Under the pieces are notes generated by a model. That model had not been told where the DNA came from, made no database searches, and was given only the letters and a program-made list of their open reading frames with translations. From Planctomycetota bacterium (lineage in GTDB: Bacteria > Planctomycetota > Planctomycetia > Planctomycetales > Planctomycetaceae): a DNA stretch of 47,202 bases. Both the position numbers and the translations under genes were made by a program. The DNA lies in NCBI GenBank assembly GCA_003669575.1, contig QWOR01000351.1, positions 1 to 47,202 on the forward strand, read 5' to 3'. The first letter of the stretch is position 1; each line of letters begins with the position of its first letter. This document shows, one piece after another, positions 8,104 to 17,464 of this stretch.

Positions 8104-9498
8104 TCATCTATCCCTGTTATCCTCCGATTCTTTTTGTTCAATTTTCTTAATGAGTTCGCTGTAACTCTGCGGAGTGATAGGGAATTTGCGAAACACGAGG
8201 ATGGCCAAGGCGAGCAAGATTCCGGGTAAGAGCACAAAAACCAACCTGAGCCCGTTCAAAACTGGGAGAGTTGGCTGAACCTGCCCATCGTAACCAATCG
8301 CGTGCAACAATTGCCCAACGAGGAGAAAACAGAGCCCCGTGGAGATCTTCCAGGAGAAATTCGCAACGCCAGCATACATTCCTTCGCGACGCTGTCCTGT
8401 TCTCACCTGTTCCCATTCGATCACATCGGGTTCAATCGCTCCCGGAAGGATCAGCACCCCACTGCTCGCTGCTCCCATCAGCCCTGCGACGAGATAGATC
8501 GCAGACACACTCCACGCCACAGCGACAAAGCTCGTAATCACAGCCCCCCAGCACACCATGGCCAGGATGTAGGTTCGTTTTTTTCCGATACGGTTCGACA
8601 GCATGATCCAGAACTTCGGGCTGGCCAGACTCCCGAAGAAATAGGCCAACAACGGTGGAATCGAGTCCTGCTTTGGAATGCCGTGCATATGTTCTAGTAA
8701 GTAAAATAAGAGTGAAGCTGTGACCCGATCGGCGACAGCCACAAGTGTAAATGTGATGAGAAGAATCACGAATGGCTTGTTTTGGAAAGTGGCGTGTACG
8801 CTTCGGAAAAACCCCTCTCTGTCTTCGTGGCCGACAGGAACAGATTCTTTCGTTCCGACAAAAGTGATGACTGCCGCAGCCACCGCAACCACCCCCATGA
8901 ACACTGCAGCTGCTGGATAATATTTCGATTCCTCGAGAGTGGTCATTGCATGGGCGTTTGTCGACATGGCAGCCACGACGGCGAGCATGACAGGAACCGA
9001 CAATGTAGAAATCATTTCAGCCACAATTTCCATCAATCGCCGATAGCCTGAGATGCGAGTCCGGTCGTCATAGTTCGTGGTCAGTTCCCATGACAACGCG
9101 AGATACGGAATACCGAATACCGTGAGCGACGTAATGAGTAAGCTGGAAATGGTTGTCAAATAGACAAACACCTTGAGCTCGCTTCCTGATGGTGGAATCA
9201 TCAGGAGATAAAAGAAGAAGGCTGCTGGTATAGCCCCCAACAGGAAGTAGGGCCTGCGTCGTCCAAACCGCGACCTTGTCCGATCAGAAAGAAATCCGAT
9301 CAGCGGATCTGAACATGCGTCGACAATAAATCGAATCGAGAATGCGTACCCAACGAGTCGTGGATCTAGAAAGACCACATCGGTATAGAAATTCATCAAA
9401 TAGAGACCGCAGAACGCGTAGATGCTTGTCTCGATGATGCTGCCAGCGCTGTAACACAACAGCGTCTTGCGACTCAAAGCTCCAGTCTGCATGGTCAC
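8104..9498 (-). CDS. MFS transporter of the glycoside-pentoside-hexuronide (GPH) cation symporter type
   Basis: 464-aa ORF with about 12 hydrophobic segments. The loop motif GFLSDRTRSRFGRRRPYFLLGAIP is typical of MelB/GPH-family symporters. GC is lower than in most of the window (hand counts about 47-55%). Confidence 0.8.
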   Translation of the reverse strand: MTMQTGALSRKTLLCYSAGSIIETSIYAFCGLYLMNFYTDVVFLDPRLVGYAFSIRFIVDACSDPLIGFLSDRTRSRFGRRRPYFLLGAIPAAFFFYLLMIPPSGSELKVFVYLTTISSLLITSLTVFGIPYLALSWELTTNYDDRTRISGYRRLMEIVAEMISTLSVPVMLAVVAAMSTNAHAMTTLEESKYYPAAAVFMGVVAVAAAVITFVGTKESVPVGHEDREGFFRSVHATFQNKPFVILLITFTLVAVADRVTASLLFYLLEHMHGIPKQDSIPPLLAYFFGSLASPKFWIMLSNRIGKKRTYILAMVCWGAVITSFVAVAWSVSAIYLVAGLMGAASSGVLILPGAIEPDVIEWEQVRTGQRREGMYAGVANFSWKISTGLCFLLVGQLLHAIGYDGQVQPTLPVLNGLRLVFVLLPGILLALAILVFRKFPITPQSYSELIKKIEQKESEDNRDR

Positions 9499-10408
9499 CT
9501 TGCGAATCGGGAGAGGTCTCGTGATACCCCGAGAGGAATTACGACTGGTGGCCAGTAGAACGCACGAAGATGTGAAGCCAAACGGGCTGTTGCTTCATAT
9601 CCAGAACAACTCGATGAAACATGGGGCTTGACGTTGGAAGTTCTCAACATCTTCTTCGGATGGTCTCCTCTCTGCAAACAATTCGACAACCACAATCTTA
9701 CAGAGATCCTGAATAATCCTCGATCCGCTCGCCGGTCTATCGCACCTTCAAATTGACGTTGTTTGACATTTCCCGGATGAGTACTGTTTTCGTCCCGTAG
9801 GCGGGCAGTCGACGCGACCAAATAGATGGCCTCGACTGAACTGGGCCATTTGCGACGCAATCTGGACGAAGCATATCATTTGACAAATGAGGCCAATGAT
9901 GTCCTGGTTTGTGCCGAAGCAGAATTACAGCTTGTCTAAACGATGAGCAACGTCAGCAGTTCCACGACATTCGCCATATTCCCGATGAACCAACTTGATC
10001 CATGCATCGACCACTGACGCAACGAGAAACGGGAATCGTGGCCCCCTTAACCACAGAGGGATTCGGTGAGTGGTGGTCTGATCACTTGGTTCTGACTGAC
10101 ATGCAGAGACCTCGACCTCATGAAGCGACAGCTGACGCTACCGTTTGAAAAGGAAACGGGTCTCACGAGACGCCGTCCTTGCGACCTCACGCCGATTGAT
10201 GCCATTTTCTCCGGTCGGCCAAGAACTCAGAGCACAAAAACGGCTCAAAACACTGTCTTCTGACCACGTTTTCACTGTTGCCCCAATGACGCATTTTTGG
10301 TTGATAAATGGTACCTTCTCACTTCGGGAGTTGGGCTGGAATGCTGTGTTCGGGAAATCCACACTGTCACGTGGACAAGAGAATTACCTAGGTTTTAAGC
10401 AAAATCAC

Positions 10409-10484
<76 letters not shown>

Positions 10485-10585
10485 GAGCAGTTCTTCGTAT
10501 TATGTTGTCATCGAGCGGGATGATGCAAGCTTGCTGGATGGGCTGGGTTCGCTGACTTTGATCGTGGTTTGAGGAGTTCTATTGC

Positions 10586-11293
10586 ATGGCGTCTGTCGTT
10601 GATCTGCATGCTTTGCACCGTTTCCATCTCGCTTTGAAGAGTGTTCAGGACGAGCTGGCCCGTGGGCCGCGGCAGGTCCGGGCACGTGATAATCAGCTGG
10701 CACAGCTGGATGTGGAAAAGAAGGCCAAGGAAGACGAACTCAAGCAGACGCGGGCAGCCACCGATCGCAAGAACCTCGATCTGAAGTCGAGCGAGAGCAA
10801 GCTCAAGGACCTTGATCGCAAGCTCAATGAAGCGGCTTCAAATCGCGAGTTCGACATTCTCAAGGGACAGATTGCAGCTGACCAGGCGTCGAATTCAGTC
10901 CTGCAGGACGAGATTCTCGAATCGCTGGAAAAGGTCGACCGGATCATGCAGGAGATCGCCGCGATCGCTGAGCGGCGAGCAAAACTCGAAACTGAACGCA
11001 ATGCTTTTGCCGCCCAGATCGACGCCCAGGCAGCTGACCTTCGCAAGCAGGAATCGGAGCTGAAGGGTCAGGTTCAGGAAGCGGAGAAGATGATCCCCGA
11101 ATCGATCAAGGCCCACTATCGGCGGTTGGTCGATGCCTATGGGGCGGACGGGATGGCCTCGATCGACAATGGGATGTGCACGCACTGTTTCGTCAGCCTC
11201 ACGCCACAGATCGCCGTCGTGATTGGAAGTGGAACGGGAACGCCGACGTTCTGTCCGTCATGTGATCGTTTGCTATACGCCATCATGTCGTAG
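10586..11293 (+). CDS. Coiled-coil protein with a C-terminal C4 zinc ribbon (COG1579-like)
   Basis: 235-aa ORF with ATG preceded by GAGGAG 9 nt upstream. It has a long heptad-like K/E/L/Q-rich region. The C-terminus carries CTHCFVSL...CPSCDRLL, two CxxC pairs. Confidence 0.75.
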   Translation: MASVVDLHALHRFHLALKSVQDELARGPRQVRARDNQLAQLDVEKKAKEDELKQTRAATDRKNLDLKSSESKLKDLDRKLNEAASNREFDILKGQIAADQASNSVLQDEILESLEKVDRIMQEIAAIAERRAKLETERNAFAAQIDAQAADLRKQESELKGQVQEAEKMIPESIKAHYRRLVDAYGADGMASIDNGMCTHCFVSLTPQIAVVIGSGTGTPTFCPSCDRLLYAIMS

Positions 11294-11327
11294 AGCGCAA
11301 TGATGTCGACCACACGCCCGTACGCAC

Positions 11328-12611
11328 TCACGACACCAGCTTGGTCACCCGCTGTCGCTTGAACTCCGAGCGAGGCAGGCTACCGCATTCCACGGGCTGC
11401 AGCTCTGGCTGGAACGCCAGGCGATCCGAAATTCGCCGCCCCATACGGTTCACCAGCTCATCGAGTGAGTCACGATTTTGAGCCATCGCGGGCTCGGTTT
11501 CGAACTCGATTTTCAATTGCAGCATTTCCTGGCGTTTGACGACGGAGAGTCGAAACTCCGTGACTTCGGGGAAGCCGCGCAGGACAGCCTCCACGCTGCT
11601 CGGAAAGACGTTGTTGCCTCGAATAATCAGCATGTCATCCGAGCGACCAAGTACCCCCCCTTCCAGACGCAACAGTCCATCGCCCCCAGCGCTGGCTTCC
11701 AGGGAGGCTTTCACCAGATCGCCTGTACGGTAACGCAACACTGGTTGGCCAATGCGGCCGAGATTCGTCATGACCAGTTCACCGATCTGTCCCGGTTGAG
11801 CGGGAACTCCGGTGGTGGGGTCGATCACTTCGGCAATCGATTCGGTTTCCAGAACGGTCAAGCTTCCCGGATGCGTCTCGGACTCGATCCCGAGTGACCC
11901 GAGATCGGTCATGCCCCAGTGATCGAAGACGCGGGCACCCCACTCCCGCTCGATACGGGCTCGAGTCTCAGCCACGGCCCCCCCTGGTTCGCCTGCCACA
12001 ATGATAGCCCGCACTGCGGACCTGCCGAGATCGATTCCCTCTTTCCGAGCAACCTCAGCCAGACGCAAGGCATAGGTCGGAGTACAACAAACGACCGTGC
12101 ATTGATGCTCGATGATCTGTCGCAGCCTGATTTCGCTGCTGAGGCCCCCCATTGCCAAACACAAGTTTCCACGCCGCACGCCGCCTTCAAAAGCGGCCCA
12201 GAAACCAATGAAGGGGCCGAACGAAAACGGGAAGGCAAGAACATCATCCGCTCGCAAGCCGACCAGCTGGTAGATCTGCGTCCAGCACTCCATGAACCAG
12301 TTCCAACTGGCCGTCGTGTCGAGCCAATACATTGGTCGACCGGTCGTGCCTGAAGTCTGGTGCAGCCGGACGTAGCTGGTGATCGGGTAGGTCAGGTTCG
12401 TGCCGTAGCGCGGATGGGTGTTCTGATCAGCGACCAGTTCCGATTTCGTGAGCAGCGGGAGCGCCCGCCACTGCTCAAGCGATTCGACTGGACCGGCTCC
12501 CAGGCCCGCTTGCTCCAGCCGTGTCGACCAGAACGGGTTCCGCCCGCGAAGCTCGTCCAGCATCTGGTTCAGACGCATTCGCTGGTGAGGAAGCAGGTCG
12601 GAACGAAACAC
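11328..12611 (-). CDS. Phenylacetate-CoA ligase-like adenylate-forming enzyme (PaaK / coenzyme F390 synthetase family)
   Basis: The motif LHQTSGTTGRPMYW is the AMP-binding S-G-T-T-G-x-P core of the PaaK family. The track ORF extends to 12794 (488 aa). I call the start at GTG 12611, which has GGAG 6 nt upstream, gives 427 aa (typical for the family) and begins VFRSDLLPHQRMRLNQMLDELRGRNPFW. The start is uncertain. Confidence 0.75.
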   Translation of the reverse strand: MFRSDLLPHQRMRLNQMLDELRGRNPFWSTRLEQAGLGAGPVESLEQWRALPLLTKSELVADQNTHPRYGTNLTYPITSYVRLHQTSGTTGRPMYWLDTTASWNWFMECWTQIYQLVGLRADDVLAFPFSFGPFIGFWAAFEGGVRRGNLCLAMGGLSSEIRLRQIIEHQCTVVCCTPTYALRLAEVARKEGIDLGRSAVRAIIVAGEPGGAVAETRARIEREWGARVFDHWGMTDLGSLGIESETHPGSLTVLETESIAEVIDPTTGVPAQPGQIGELVMTNLGRIGQPVLRYRTGDLVKASLEASAGGDGLLRLEGGVLGRSDDMLIIRGNNVFPSSVEAVLRGFPEVTEFRLSVVKRQEMLQLKIEFETEPAMAQNRDSLDELVNRMGRRISDRLAFQPELQPVECGSLPRSEFKRQRVTKLVS

Positions 12612-12965
12612 AAACGTCTCCGGATATGACACACAGGTGGGGCGAATGTTGGAGCTGCGATTATTCCACAATGGATGAGCCGGGGCAAACAGAGTGAGCA
12701 CGATGGCTCCAACCACCGATCCGGCTCTCCTTGAATTGCAGGAGCCCCGCCGATCGATAAGCGTCACTTTCAAGAGCCGAGGGCCAACGTCCATTCGCTC
12801 ACAGAGTCTGCCTCATCGCGTTTGCACAGAGAGCTAAAATACTCAACACGAGATTGCCCTTGCTGCCTCGATCCGCTTCGGGTAATTCATCGGATGGATG
12901 AGCACCAGCCCGCTGTCAATCAGCGTGGACAGCCTGGAAGTTCATGACCGAAGGGAGTCTCTTTC

Positions 12966-14069
12966 ATGATCGTCGGCGTACCTCGCGAAATTAAGTCGGA
13001 TGAATACCGGGTAGCCATGCTGCCAGTAGGTGTGGAGGAACTGACCCGCCGCGGGCATCGCGTTCTCATCGAGCGTGGTGCGGGGCTGGGGAGCGGGATC
13101 GCGGATGACCAGTACGCCATTCACGGAGCTGAAGTCGTCGCCGATGCCGCCGCAGTGTTCGGCGAGGCCGATTTAATTGTGAAGGTCAAAGAGCCACAGA
13201 AGTCCGAGATCGCGCGCTTTCACCCGGGACAGATGCTGTTCACCTATCTGCACCTGGCGGCGGACGAAGAACTGACGCGGTCACTCTGTGCAACGGGCGT
13301 CACCGCCATTGCTTATGAAACACTCAAAGGCCCTAAGGGCGATCTGCCGCTGCTCACTCCCATGAGTGAAGTCGCCGGACGCATGAGTATCCAGGAGGGA
13401 GCGAAGTATCTCGAACGTCCGCAAGAAGGACGCGGGATTCTGCTGGGTGGAGTCCCCGGCGTGGAACCGGCGCATATCCTCATTCTCGGAGGCGGGGTTG
13501 TCGGTAAGAACGCTGCCCGCATCGCAGCTGGGTTTCAGGCGAATGTCTGCCTCATGGATGTCAGCGTTGATCGGCTGAGGTATCTGGAGGACATCATGCC
13601 GCCTAACGTCAATACCGTCTTCAGCGATCGACACAACATCCGTGAACAGCTCAGGCTCGCCGATCTGGTTATCGGGTCAGTACTCATTCCCGGAGCGAAG
13701 GCACCCCATCTGGTGAGCGAGAGTGATCTCAAGATCATGAAGCCAGGAGCCGTGATCATTGATGTCTGTATCGACCAGGGTGGCTGTGTCGAAACCAGTC
13801 GACCGACAACTCATTCCGACCCGACCTATGTCGAGGGTGGCATCGTGCACTATTGCGTGACAAACATGCCCGGAGCAGTCGGACGTACCAGTACGTATGC
13901 TCTCTGCAATGTCACATTGCCATATGTGATCACACTGGCCAGCATGGATCTGGGCGAAGCGATCCGCAAGACGCCGGGGCTGCGCGAGGCAGTGAATCTG
14001 TATCGGGGACAGGTGACCCATGAGGCAGTCGCGGGGACATTCCGGATGCCGCTGGCGTCAGTGGATTAA
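12966..14069 (+). CDS. ald: Alanine dehydrogenase
   Basis: 367-aa ORF. It begins MIVGVPREIKSDEYRVAMLPVGVEEL, contains the NAD fold ILILGGGVVGKNAARIA, and has ...VHYCVTNMPGAV. ATG is preceded by GGGAG. Confidence 0.92.
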   Translation: MIVGVPREIKSDEYRVAMLPVGVEELTRRGHRVLIERGAGLGSGIADDQYAIHGAEVVADAAAVFGEADLIVKVKEPQKSEIARFHPGQMLFTYLHLAADEELTRSLCATGVTAIAYETLKGPKGDLPLLTPMSEVAGRMSIQEGAKYLERPQEGRGILLGGVPGVEPAHILILGGGVVGKNAARIAAGFQANVCLMDVSVDRLRYLEDIMPPNVNTVFSDRHNIREQLRLADLVIGSVLIPGAKAPHLVSESDLKIMKPGAVIIDVCIDQGGCVETSRPTTHSDPTYVEGGIVHYCVTNMPGAVGRTSTYALCNVTLPYVITLASMDLGEAIRKTPGLREAVNLYRGQVTHEAVAGTFRMPLASVD

Positions 14070-14191
14070 GGTCGAATGAGTCACTGTCGTCGCTCCGGGC
14101 CGACAGGATTGCATGTCCCGTTTGACCCAGAAGTGGCCCGCCGAGACGGCCCATCATCTCACTGAACTCACCACGCCACCAAGGTATTACC

Positions 14192-14533
14192 GTGCGACTT
14201 TTTGAAGGCACTCCGTTCGACCGTCCGCCCGAATGCGAACGCTGCGGACGATTGGAATCCGAGTGTCAGTGCCCTCCGCCGGAACCGATTCGTCTGGCTC
14301 CGGAGAAGCAAACAGCTGTGATCGCGATCGAGAGTCGCAAGAATGGAAAGCGGGTGACGGTCGTTCGTGGACTGCGCGCGGAAGGGAATGACCTGCCCGG
14401 GCTGCTGGCCAAACTCAAGCTGCAATGTGGAGCGGGCGGTACGTTGAAAGACAGCGAGATCGAGATCCAGGGTGAACAGCTGGACCGAGTGCGCCAGGTA
14501 CTGACCAAGATTGGGTATCGAGTAAAAGGGTAG
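14192..14533 (+). CDS. yciH: SUI1/eIF1-family translation initiation factor-like protein (YciH type)
   Basis: 113-aa ORF with a GTG start. The C-terminal two-thirds, KNGKRVTVVRGL...LLAKLKLQCGAGGTLKDSEIEIQGEQLDRVRQVLTKIGY, match the SUI1 domain pattern. Confidence 0.8.
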   Translation: MRLFEGTPFDRPPECERCGRLESECQCPPPEPIRLAPEKQTAVIAIESRKNGKRVTVVRGLRAEGNDLPGLLAKLKLQCGAGGTLKDSEIEIQGEQLDRVRQVLTKIGYRVKG

Positions 14534-14661
14534 TCGAAGTCACGATCCAGAAAGAGAACACCAGGCGTGACTCGCTACGATGACCAGCACAGGTACAGTT
14601 GCTAGAGTGTGCATACGCTCAATCAGTCGTCGACACAAACCGTCAGTGGCGGGAGTGGTGG

Positions 14662-15822
14662 ATGTTGAAGATCACCCGGCTGGAAGTGTTTGTGATCGGT
14701 GACGGTCCGGAGATCGATCCCGACAAAGGGGGCGTCGAACCGCTCGCCTGCCTCCGGGTCCACACGAGCGATGGACTTATCGGTTTTTCCGAGGTATTTC
14801 GCGTCCCTCCAGGCGTTGTGCAGGCCACCGTTGGTGATCGCAATACCCACTTCGGCCGACTGCTGATCGGTCAGGAGATCACACATCCCGAGCGAATCTG
14901 GCAGCATGTCTGGGACTCGCTGATTCATACCAATCGACGCGGCTGGGAGATCATCATCCTGGGCGCGATCGATGTCGCGATCTGGGACATCTATGGACAG
15001 GCTCTTGGCCAGCCGGTCTGGAAGCTATTGGGAGGTGCCCAGCGTGGGTTCTTTCAGACACATTCCGAAACGCGAATAAACAGCGTTGTCCCTTACTGCA
15101 CCATCGTCTCCGACCGCTGGGGCGGCGAGGCGATGTTCACTCAGCAGACCAAACGTGTCGAACAGCTGTTGAAGCTCGGATACCGGGCCTTCAAAGTCGA
15201 ACCGATGATGTCGAGCCCGCGCGATGTCGTCGAACTGACGCGTCGCACGCGTGAGGTACTCGGCCCGGAACCGGCTCTGATGGTCGATGTCGGCTATCTG
15301 TTCAACGACGTTCCGAAAGTTGCGAAGATTTGCCGCGATCTCGAAGAGTTCAACATTGAGTTCTTCGAAACGCCGTTCCCGGTCGACACGCCCGAACCCT
15401 ACGCTCGCCTGGCGGAACTCACCTCGATCCCAATCGCGATGGGCGAACACGGCGTCACACGTTGGGAATTCCTCGACATGATGGACCGCGGCCGTATCTC
15501 GGTCGTACAGCCTTACATGACGACATGCGGCGGATTGACGGAAGCCAAACGCATCGTCGATCTGGCGCTCCCGCGCGGGGCACAGGTCTGCCCCGGCAAC
15601 TGGTCGACGCAGATTCTTGGTACCGCTTCCGTCCATCTGGCTGCGTACTCACCCGTCACTCCATTCATCGAGTTCGCTCCTGCGGAGGTCTTTGAGTCCC
15701 CGCTCCGTCGTGAGTTGCAGGAGGCCGGACTGCCTGTCAAGAACGGCGAGATCGAATTCCCCACTCGTCCCGGAATCGGGTTCGAGTTCCCCACAGAGAT
15801 TGCAGAGAAGTACCGCATGTAG
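14662..15822 (+). CDS. Enolase-superfamily enzyme (mandelate racemase / muconate lactonizing enzyme family); substrate unknown
   Basis: The track ORF starts at TTG 14599. I prefer ATG 14662, which has GGGAG 6 nt upstream and begins MLKITRLEVFVIGDG. The barrel metal-ligand pattern is plausible: KVEP..., MVDVGY, FFETP, AMGEH. Confidence 0.8.
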   Translation: MLKITRLEVFVIGDGPEIDPDKGGVEPLACLRVHTSDGLIGFSEVFRVPPGVVQATVGDRNTHFGRLLIGQEITHPERIWQHVWDSLIHTNRRGWEIIILGAIDVAIWDIYGQALGQPVWKLLGGAQRGFFQTHSETRINSVVPYCTIVSDRWGGEAMFTQQTKRVEQLLKLGYRAFKVEPMMSSPRDVVELTRRTREVLGPEPALMVDVGYLFNDVPKVAKICRDLEEFNIEFFETPFPVDTPEPYARLAELTSIPIAMGEHGVTRWEFLDMMDRGRISVVQPYMTTCGGLTEAKRIVDLALPRGAQVCPGNWSTQILGTASVHLAAYSPVTPFIEFAPAEVFESPLRRELQEAGLPVKNGEIEFPTRPGIGFEFPTEIAEKYRM

Positions 15823-15881
15823 CCCCGGCGCCACGTGGCCCCATGACCTTGAACCACTGATTCCCCAGCTCCGAGAGTTCT

Positions 15882-17231
15882 ATGAGCCAAACAGTGACAC
15901 CACCCGTCTCACCTGCCAATCGGTGGCTGATCATTCTCCTGCTGATGGGCTTCGCCGCTCTGGGGCACTTCAACCGGATCGGGATCGGTGTGGCGGGAAC
16001 CGAGGTCTTCATTCGTCCCACGGTCACCGAGGGAGCCCCTGCCCCCGCAACGAAAGAGGAACCCAAGGGGGCGCGCCCTGCGTTCTATCAGGCATTCTCC
16101 GAAGTCGAGATGGGGTGGGTCTACACGGCGTTCCTGGTGGTTTACACCTGTGCGATGTTGCCGGGAGGTTGGCTGATTGACCGGATCGGGTCAGTCCGGG
16201 CGATGACACTTCTCGGTCTGACGATGGGGTCCTTTGTCATGCTGACAGGGGTCTTCGGCTGGGTGATGAGTACTCCGCACCAGCTGTGGTTTGGCTTTCT
16301 GGTGATTCGCGGACTGGCGGGAATGTGCAGTGCCCCGCTGCACCCCGGAGCTTCGCACGCCATCGCCGATGTGACCGAGCCGGTGGGCCGATCGACCGGG
16401 AACGGGCTCGTCACTGCGGGGGCAGTGCTGGGGATTTCCTGTACCTACCCGTTGTTCGGCTGGATGATCGACCGGTTCACGTGGCAGTGGGCCTTTGTCA
16501 TCAGCGGAGGCGTCCTCATCAGTTACGCGTGCTTGTGGCGATTCCTGGCCAAGGGACGGATCCCCGGTCCAGCGCATGAGTCAGCCCCGGAAGTTGAAGT
16601 GGCACACACCGCCTCCGATTCTCCCTGGTCACTCCTCAGTCATAGCGGGCTGTGGCTGGTTTCGATCAGCTACTTTGCCTACAGCTATTACCAATACCTG
16701 ATGTTCTACTGGATGAATTTCTACTTCGAGAAAGTACTGCATGTCCCAGCTCAGGAGTCACGGGACTACTCGTTTGTGATCACGGTCTGCCAGGGAGCTG
16801 GGATGTTTCTGGGAGGGCTGTTGACCGACCTGATCTGCCGATTGGTCGGCGTTTCTCTGGGACGCCGGTTGTTCATGGTGGGAGGCATGGGGCTGTGTGC
16901 ATTGCTCACGCTTGTGGCGGTGAATCAGACAGTTTCGCACCAGGTGGCATTGTTTATGGCTCTGGCGATGGGAGCTCAAGGGATGTGCGAGTGCGTCTAT
17001 TGGACGACAGCTACTGAACTCGGTGGCCGCTCACGAGGCTTTTCAGGGGCGTTCCTGAACACGATAGGCAATGTGGGAGGGTTCATCTCGCCCGTGCTCA
17101 CTCCCAAGCTGGCAGAAAACATGGGCTGGACCGGAGCGATCGGGATTGCCTGTGCAGTTTGTGGTTTCGGCGGCCTGATCTGGCTATGGATCAACACCAC
17201 AGCTTCGAAGCCGACTGTGACTGTCAGCTGA
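15882..17231 (+). CDS. MFS transporter
   Basis: 449-aa ORF with about 12 predicted TM helices. It has the MFS-like loop LPGGWLIDRIGSVRAM (a G-x-L-x-D-R-x-G-R/K-type motif between TM2 and TM3). Confidence 0.8.
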   Translation: MSQTVTPPVSPANRWLIILLLMGFAALGHFNRIGIGVAGTEVFIRPTVTEGAPAPATKEEPKGARPAFYQAFSEVEMGWVYTAFLVVYTCAMLPGGWLIDRIGSVRAMTLLGLTMGSFVMLTGVFGWVMSTPHQLWFGFLVIRGLAGMCSAPLHPGASHAIADVTEPVGRSTGNGLVTAGAVLGISCTYPLFGWMIDRFTWQWAFVISGGVLISYACLWRFLAKGRIPGPAHESAPEVEVAHTASDSPWSLLSHSGLWLVSISYFAYSYYQYLMFYWMNFYFEKVLHVPAQESRDYSFVITVCQGAGMFLGGLLTDLICRLVGVSLGRRLFMVGGMGLCALLTLVAVNQTVSHQVALFMALAMGAQGMCECVYWTTATELGGRSRGFSGAFLNTIGNVGGFISPVLTPKLAENMGWTGAIGIACAVCGFGGLIWLWINTTASKPTVTVS

Positions 17232-17262
17232 TGTTGATTGCCATCATCGCTCTCTACCACCA

Positions 17263-17395
17263 ACCCGAAGCGTCAGCGAGGGCGAATGGGAAACTGATGC
17301 GAATTCCAGGCAGCACGATGATCTTGCATGGCCCTCTGGAGGACCATGCATAAAAGTTATGTCTAGTGACGCTCGCCCTCGCTGACGCTTCGGGT
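17263..17395. repeat. 133-nt element bounded by a perfect 23-bp inverted repeat, with an internal hairpin
   Basis: ACCCGAAGCGTCAGCGAGGGCGA at 17263-17285 is the exact reverse complement of 17373-17395, and the spacer is 87 nt. Inside it, 17325-17350 (TGCATGGCCCTCTGGAGGACCATGCA) forms a 10-bp stem with one mismatch and a CTGG loop. The element is intergenic, between the MFS stop (17231) and the peptidase start (17465). Confidence 0.85.
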
Positions 17396-17464
17396 GAGTA
17401 AAGACGACCTCAGCGTGTGATTCTTCCTCCAACACTAAGCACTCAACTCTCAACCTCCCCCACC

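Noticed and set aside
9495-9860. 121-aa minus-strand ORF directly upstream of, and overlapping, the GPH transporter start
   Set aside because: It has no recognisable features and overlaps the transporter ATG by 4 nt only because the frame happens to stay open. It would be an implausible N-terminal partner.
10057-10065. 9-nt match (AGGGATTCG) to the T-arm region of tRNA-Gly, considered as a possible att duplicate marking an island boundary
   Set aside because: The match is only 9 nt and does not extend. About 0.4 such matches are expected by chance in a 47-kb window on both strands. It is not evidence for an attachment site.
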